This document shows positions 58,096-64,000 of a stretch of DNA of 64,000 nt, one piece after another (the stretch's first letter is position 1; each line of letters begins with the position of its first letter). The notes under the pieces are model-generated. The model saw only the letters and a program-made list of their open reading frames with translations. It had not been told where the DNA came from and made no database searches. The position numbers and the translations under genes are program-made. This DNA comes from Ostrea edulis. Lineage: Eukaryota. The stretch spans positions 8,432,001 through 8,496,000 of the forward strand of contig NC_079168.1 in NCBI RefSeq assembly GCF_947568905.1. Direction: 5' to 3'.

Positions 58096-59126
58096 AAACA
58101 AGAGATGTTTGTAAAACACATATGCCCCCCCCCCCCCCCCCCCCCCCCCCCGGGTGCAAAATTGAAAAGGGTTATGCACACACATTATTTAATTGATAGT
58201 AGTATCATCAATTCAAAATATGGAGCACACAATATCTTCCTATGTCAAGAGTGAATTGACCAAGTGACCTAAAAATCAATAGGGGTCTTCCACTCCTTAT
58301 GCTGTACCAGTGTACCAAGTTTGGTGTCAATCAAGCAAATAATTCTTAAAACATAGGAGACAATATATTACTATGTCCAGTTCAACAATTGACTTTTGAC
58401 CTCAAAATCAATATGGGTCATCTTTTCCTGAAGATGTACCAGTGTACTAAGTTTGATGTCTGTCAAGCAAAAGGGTTCTGAAGATATTGAACGAACAGTA
58501 TATTCCCATGTCCAGTTTGACCCTTGACCTTTAAACATGTGACCTCAAAATCAATAGGGATCATTTTCTCCTGAAGATGTACCAGTGTACCAAGTTTGAT
58601 GTCTGTCAAGCAAAGGGTTCTCAAGATATTGAACGGACAGTATATTCCTATGTCCAGTTTGACCTTTGACCATGTGACCTCAAAATCAATAGGGGTCATC
58701 TTCTTTTGAAGATGTACTGGTGTACCAAGTTTAATGTCTGTCAAGCAAAGGGTTTTCTAGATATTGAATGGTCAGTATATTCCTATGCCCAGTTTGACCC
58801 TTGACCATATGACCTCAAAATCAATAGGGGTCATCTACTCCTTAGGATGTACCAGTGTGCCAAGTTTGATGTCTTTCAAGCAAAGGGTTCTCAAGATATT
58901 GAGCGGACATGATATCCCTATGTCCAGACTAGATTGACCCTTGACCTTTTGACCTGAAAAACAATAGGGGTCCTCTTCTACTCATAACCAACCCTCATAT
59001 GAAATATCATTATCATCAAGTGAACGGTTCTCAGGACATTGAGCGGACAACATGTGGTCTACCGACCAACCGACAGGTGCAAACCAATATGCCCCTCTTC
59101 TTTGAAGGGGGGGGGGGGGGCATAAA
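58096..59126. mobile_element. HINE-like element with 5 tandem 132-143-bp repeats
   Basis: Starts aaacaagag. Repeat anchors aagttt(g/a)..gtc at 58317, 58449, 58592, 58727 and 58862. 3' hairpin gcccctcttctttgaagggg...cataaaaa. Confidence 0.75.
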
Positions 59127-59629
59127 AAATAAAAATACATTAAAATATAAACAATAAAATGTCTTTCTTTGTTGTTTCATTGTGTGATGAAGGTAGCAAT
59201 CGTTGCAGGAAAAATTACGCAGGTTATGCATTTTTCCTGCAATGCTTGCTAATTTTATCACCTGATGAAACAAAAAAGAAAGCATTTTCTTGTTTAAATA
59301 CAGTATCATTAAAAACTAGATAACTTCTATAAAGAATTTAAATACAATTTCTTTATGTTGAACAGTTCATGGTCTCTAAATATTCATTTGTTAACAAGTT
59401 TATACTTTACAGTCCTTACCACATGATCATCTGTTATTTTCACATTCAATTTCCCATCACAATGCCTGTACTTTGTAACCAGCCGACACTGAAAAAAACC
59501 ATACAAAATCTTGATATTGATTTCATGAAATCTAGTTTGCCAATACAACCTATCATTGGGTCAAATGCTGTCTCATGTGTTTCTTACCGATTGTTCGGCT
59601 GTTCTTGGCACACTCACTGATTTTGACTA

Positions 59630-59831
59630 CGGATAACTCTGTTTACCTGATCAAGATATAGGGCTCAAAGTCAGCGGGTGTGACCAGTTGACAGGGGATG
59701 CTTACTCCTCCTAGGCACCTGATCCCACCTCTGGTATATCCAGGGGTCCATGTTTGCCCAATTAACTCTCTATTTTGTATTGCTTATGGGAGTTATGAGA
59801 TTGATCACTGTTCATTATCTTCACCTTTCAT
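59630..59831 (+). mobile_element. 3' UTR fragment of a common oyster retroelement (Naiad/PLE-like)
   Basis: acaggggatgcttactcctcctaggcacctgatcccacctctgg...ttatcttcacctttcat, homologous to 6965-7090 (minus). Confidence 0.55.
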
Positions 59832-59911
59832 CTAACAATGTACCAAACAGCTATGAGATGTAATACAGTTTAGTGGGTCAATATTAATCATATTTGGTCA
59901 AGCAAGGACAG

Positions 59912-60714
59912 TGTAACGTGTCAAGGGGGTTCGTACCCGGTTGATTCCAGGATCTGGGGTTTTGAATTAATTCAACAAGTAAATAATTTTCCTCTGTAAA
60001 AATGATTGAACAAAATGATACAGTTTTCCTCTCTAAAGTGATTTAAATATATAACTACTGGTCTGCAAATATATACAAATAAGACCCTTCCCTTACTTAG
60101 GGGAAAATCACACTTGGTCGGCCTATATTACTACTTTACGAGTTTATACACCTCTAGATAGAGATATGCCTTATTCAGGCAGTAACAACTATCTAAGAGG
60201 TAAGCCCTAGCCGAATAAAGGTGGTCCAACTCCAGAAGCAGCAGTTATTGTGTTAATGCCTTATTCAGGACGGACAGTGAACTGCTAACCTCTGAAGCCT
60301 TACACCTTCCCTAACCGAGGAAGAATGACAAATAAATAGGCGAACCTCCAGGAGGTCAACCTCTAAAATGCTAGCCACTACTGTGGTCAGACTCCAAACA
60401 AATGGTCCTATATAACAAAGAAGTGTGGCAAGCCTCCAATATTTATATAAGGCAATCCACCTGTGGCAAGCCTCCAATATTAGGCAATCCACCTGACCAA
60501 ACTAACCGTTATAATGCTTCCTTCTTCCTCCGCTTGGCTTAAAAAGAACCTTACTGACTGGCTGCAGCTGTATATATACCCTCTGTGGGTCACATGATCA
60601 GCAACAGTTTCTAGATCACCCGCTGCTAGCTAATTGTGTATCAGCCATAGTTAAGTTTCTAGATCACCGTTTCTGTAGGCCTCTTGCAACATTGAAAAAC
60701 ATGAAATCATTACA
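59912..60714 (-). mobile_element. 3' LTR (about 803 bp) of the Gypsy element
   Basis: Termini TGTAA...TTACA (60714 and 59912 on minus). Purine-rich aaggcgtgggtag (PPT-like) immediately upstream at 60715-60727. TATA-like runs at about 60571 and 60443. The boundary cannot be confirmed without the 5' LTR. Confidence 0.65.
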
Positions 60715-60889
60715 CTACCCACGCCTTCGATGACATGCGACCCGCATGTAAATGAAAATCATGATGTAAATCACAGGGTAGGATTTATTGCACATTCTAC
60801 ACTACAGGGTTACTTATCCCTGTAGTAACAAAAGAATTTTTCTTTACATACAATAATTTAATAAAAGCTCATGATTCAACCACATATTA

Positions 60890-61543
60890 CTAATTATACA
60901 CGACTTTTTCTTCGGAAATAATCTTAGTATCTACGCTCCCTCCTCTGAATTTCTTTACAGTCTTGGTTTTAACGATTCTCCGGACAGGATCTGTCTGGGT
61001 TCCCATGTCTCTTTTCCTCTCTATAGCATTGACCGGGACCGCCTGATCTTTTGTTTTCTTTTCAGGGACTGGAGGCACTACATCCGCTTTACGTTGGAGA
61101 GACACTGGTAAGGAAGGCTTTGTTGGTTTATGGAACAGTCTTCCTTCCATAAGACAGTCATCATCCTTAGGGGAGCAATCTGTATTCTGACTTGATGAAT
61201 CTTCATCTTCATCACTCCCATTGTCCGAAACGTCCCCAATGAGGTCTCCCGGATCTTGAGACAACCATTCGTGATCACACTCCGGCTCATTTACCTCTTC
61301 ACTTCTATTTTCTTTTACCCCAAGCTTAATCAAATCTTCCTGTGCCAATCCTGGGTGACATCTCTTTACATGTCTCTTCAGGTTAGCTTCTTTGTTATTA
61401 GAAAAGTCACAACTTGGACATTGAAAAGTCCTCATTGCGCATTTGAAAACATGCTCCCTGTAGTCCTCCTCACTTTTAGCTGAGTATGAACACATGGGGC
61501 AGCGCCGAAACTCATAGTTTGGAGTTGTCTTTGTCTTTGCCAT
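60890..61543 (-). CDS. Accessory ORF of the LTR retrotransposon (env position): C2HC and C2H2 zinc fingers, acidic region, TQT motif, 217 aa
   Basis: C-x2-C-x12-H-x3-C (CPMC...HVFKC) and C-x2-C-x12-H-x4-H (CPSC...HVKRCH). Contains RDMGTQTD. Lies between the pol stop (61607) and the PPT/LTR; AG acceptor directly before the ATG. Confidence 0.85.
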   Translation of the reverse strand: MAKTKTTPNYEFRRCPMCSYSAKSEEDYREHVFKCAMRTFQCPSCDFSNNKEANLKRHVKRCHPGLAQEDLIKLGVKENRSEEVNEPECDHEWLSQDPGDLIGDVSDNGSDEDEDSSSQNTDCSPKDDDCLMEGRLFHKPTKPSLPVSLQRKADVVPPVPEKKTKDQAVPVNAIERKRDMGTQTDPVRRIVKTKTVKKFRGGSVDTKIISEEKVVYN

Positions 61544-61606
61544 CTACAATACACAGAGATTACATAAATGATCATTAATACTAATAAATAATTTTGATCA
61601 CATAGA

Positions 61607-64000
61607 CTATTTATCAACATAATAGTCATGCAGCCATGTAGGTGGCTTTCTATTTCTAACAGGGCGATCATTGTAATTGTTTCTTGAATTTTCTTGATCT
61701 GGGACTGTATCATGTGCAGTGTCTCTCTCTGGCAACACAGTTTCTTCTGTTTCCTAAACTTCTTCACCAGCAAGTATTTGTGGATGTTTCTTCCGCATGC
61801 GATCCACATGTATTACTTGCTCACCTCCTCGGGGTCCACAGTTAACCATGTAGGTCAAATCAGACATCTTTCTGATAATCTTATAGGGACCCTGCCAAAA
61901 GCTCGTAAATTTTGGAGATGTACCAGGCCTTCTTCGGGGGAAGAATACATATACTTCTTCACCATTTTGAAATGTTTTCCACTTTAGCTTTCGGTCATGA
62001 TAGTGCTTTTGTCGCACCATTGCTTGGCCAATATTATTCCTGACTGTATTATGGGCAATTTCTAGGCGCTCTTGAAGTTCCCACACCCACTTGTGATGGT
62101 GCCTTTTTAACATTACGTGGTGGTTCATACATAATGTCTACGGGAGTTTTCGTCTCGCGCCCTAACATCAGCATATTTGGTGTCATGCCAGTAGTTTCTT
62201 GTATGGAAGACCGGTAAGCCATCATTACGTAAGGTAAATGAACATCCCAGTCTGAGTGATGCTCATTTACGAAGGCACTAAGCATGGTGGTCAATGTCCT
62301 GTTGAAACGCTCGACCATACCATCTGATTGCGGATGGTAGGGAGTAGTATGGGTCTTCTGAATGTCCAGGAGCTTGCATGTTTCTTGAAAGAGCTCGCTT
62401 TCATATTGGCGACCTTGATCCGAGTGTATTGTATCAGGAACACCAAAGCGTGTAATTACCTCTTCCACAATCACGGAGGCTATTGTCTTGGCTTCAATAT
62501 TGGGCAGAGCAAAACACTCTGTCCACTTGGTAAAGTAGTCTGCAACGACTAAGATATACCTATTGCCTTTGTCAGTCTCAGGTAACTCGCCAAGAATATC
62601 AGTGGCTATCCTTTCCATGGGATACCCTGAACCTACCAATTGCATAGGAGCTTTGTTTGACATACTTGATGCCTTTCTCTTTGTGCATATTTCACAACCC
62701 AATATGTATTGACGCACATCTTTTTGTAAGCCTGGCCAGTAATAGGACTGTCTTATCCTTGACAAGGTTTTATGCATGCCTAAATGACCAGCTGTCCTAT
62801 CATCATGACAAAATTTAAGTATTACTCTCCTTTCTGCACTAGGAATAACTGCTTGTAATTTCTGACTTTTTGTAACCAAATCCTCCCATTTCCTACAGAG
62901 GACATCATTTTGCAAAACTAATCTATCCCATTGAGACCATAAGGATTTTACTGCCACTGACTCTCCTGATATATCATTGTATTCAGGTCTCTTCTGTGCG
63001 GCAATCCACTTTTTAACTTTACTAATGTCCCTATCAGAATCTTGCATTTCACTCAGTGGTGTGTCAGAGTAGTCGGTAATACTATTTACAACTGCGTCTG
63101 ATTCTGGTATCAGACTTGAGCAGGTATGCTGGTGGTCGCTCTTGCACTGTTTACATGGGATCCTACTTAAACTATCAGCATTCTTGTGTAATCTTCCTGG
63201 TCTGTGCTCAATGTAAAAGTCATAGCAGGACAATACCTCATTCCATCGGGCCAACTGCCCCTCGGGATCCTTAAAGTTCATCAACCATCTCAACGAACTA
63301 TGGTCTGTCCTTACTTTAAATTTTCTTCCATATAAGTACTGACGAAAATACTTTACAAAAGTTACAACAGCTAGGAGTTCTTTTCTTGTAACGCAGTACT
63401 TTCTTTCGGAATTCGATAAACTTTTACTGGCAAATGCTATTGGTCTTTCTATTCCCTTCTGTACTTGAGATAGTACTGCGCCGATTGCCTCATTGCTGGC
63501 ATCTGTATCGAGGATGAATTCTTGTTCAAAATCTGGATGAGCTAAGACAGGGGCTGTCGATAATTCTGTCCTCAATCTGTCAAAGGCATTTTGGCAGTTG
63601 TCAGTCCAAATATATTTTGCATTTTTCTTTGTAAGATCATGCAGGGGTTTCGCAATCATGGCAAAATTTAGCACAAATCTTCGATAGTAACTGCAGAAAC
63701 CAATAAACGATCTCAGCTCAGTGAGGTTGGTTGGTACTGGCCAATTTTTAACTGCCTTTACTTTATCAGGACTTGTAGCTATACCCTTCTCTGATATGAT
63801 ATGCCCCAAATATTCCACTTTCCTTGCAAATAAGGTACACTTGCGTGCTTTTAGCTTTAAACCAGCAGCTAATAAACAATCAAACACTTGAGTCAAATTC
63901 TGAATCATATCTTCTATGCTTTTCCCTACCACAATTATATCATCTAGGTAAACTAGACAGATACGCCACTGTAGGTTTCTTAACACTGTTTCCATCAGAC
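61607..64000 (-). pseudogene. pol: Ty3/Gypsy pol (RT C-terminal half, RNase H, integrase), open at the window edge, with one frameshift and one premature stop
   Basis: YLDD (RT), DTDAS/TDH/NAD (RNase H), H-x6-H...C-x2-C and D,D(35)E-type core. Frame switch near 62090-62110 to the frame with WQGPYKI, TAG at 61754-61756, then RPVRNRKPPTWLHDY ending at 61607. Confidence 0.93.

Noticed and set aside
57431-59911. SRP9 exons 1-2
   Set aside because: I searched by eye for a KYRH..G...KVTDD-like exon on minus and found none; they are presumed to lie beyond the window.
60890-61543. env gene
   Set aside because: No signal peptide, furin site with fusion peptide, or transmembrane helix; zinc fingers instead.

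Overview
Repeat-rich, intron-containing eukaryotic DNA, most likely from a true oyster (Ostreidae). This assignment is inferred from the repeat families (Cg170-like monomers in Helentron-type elements, bivalve SINEs) and the gene types. I assembled six host genes by hand from GT-AG sites and reading frames. Two are tandem 9-exon PhyH-family Fe(II)/2-oxoglutarate dioxygenase paralogs (minus, 4919-11955 and 20317-27334). The others are a 3-exon DUF1772/anthrone-oxygenase-like gene (plus, 31826-33254), an intronless RING-less B-box/coiled-coil/beta-propeller TRIM-like ORF (33637-35214), a 9-exon YIF1 (39543-52381) and the last coding exon of SRP9 (minus, 57332-57430). The right end holds the 3' half of a Ty3/Gypsy LTR retrotransposon (minus, 59912 to beyond 64000), apparently inside an SRP9 intron. 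Its pol is damaged, but it carries an intact extra ORF in the env position. That ORF has two zinc fingers, an acidic tract, an LC8/DYNLL-type TQT motif and its own splice acceptor; it is the top candidate for an undescribed system. Other highlights: two minimal type I hammerhead ribozyme motifs at Penelope-like remnants, a possible oxygenase mini-cluster, a 1.7-kb GATATC-array foldback element with a 6-bp TSD, a 58-bp micro-MITE with a 10-bp TSD, and an exact 85-bp templated insertion. There is no CRISPR array, rRNA or true tRNA gene. Family names come from motif recognition, not database searches.
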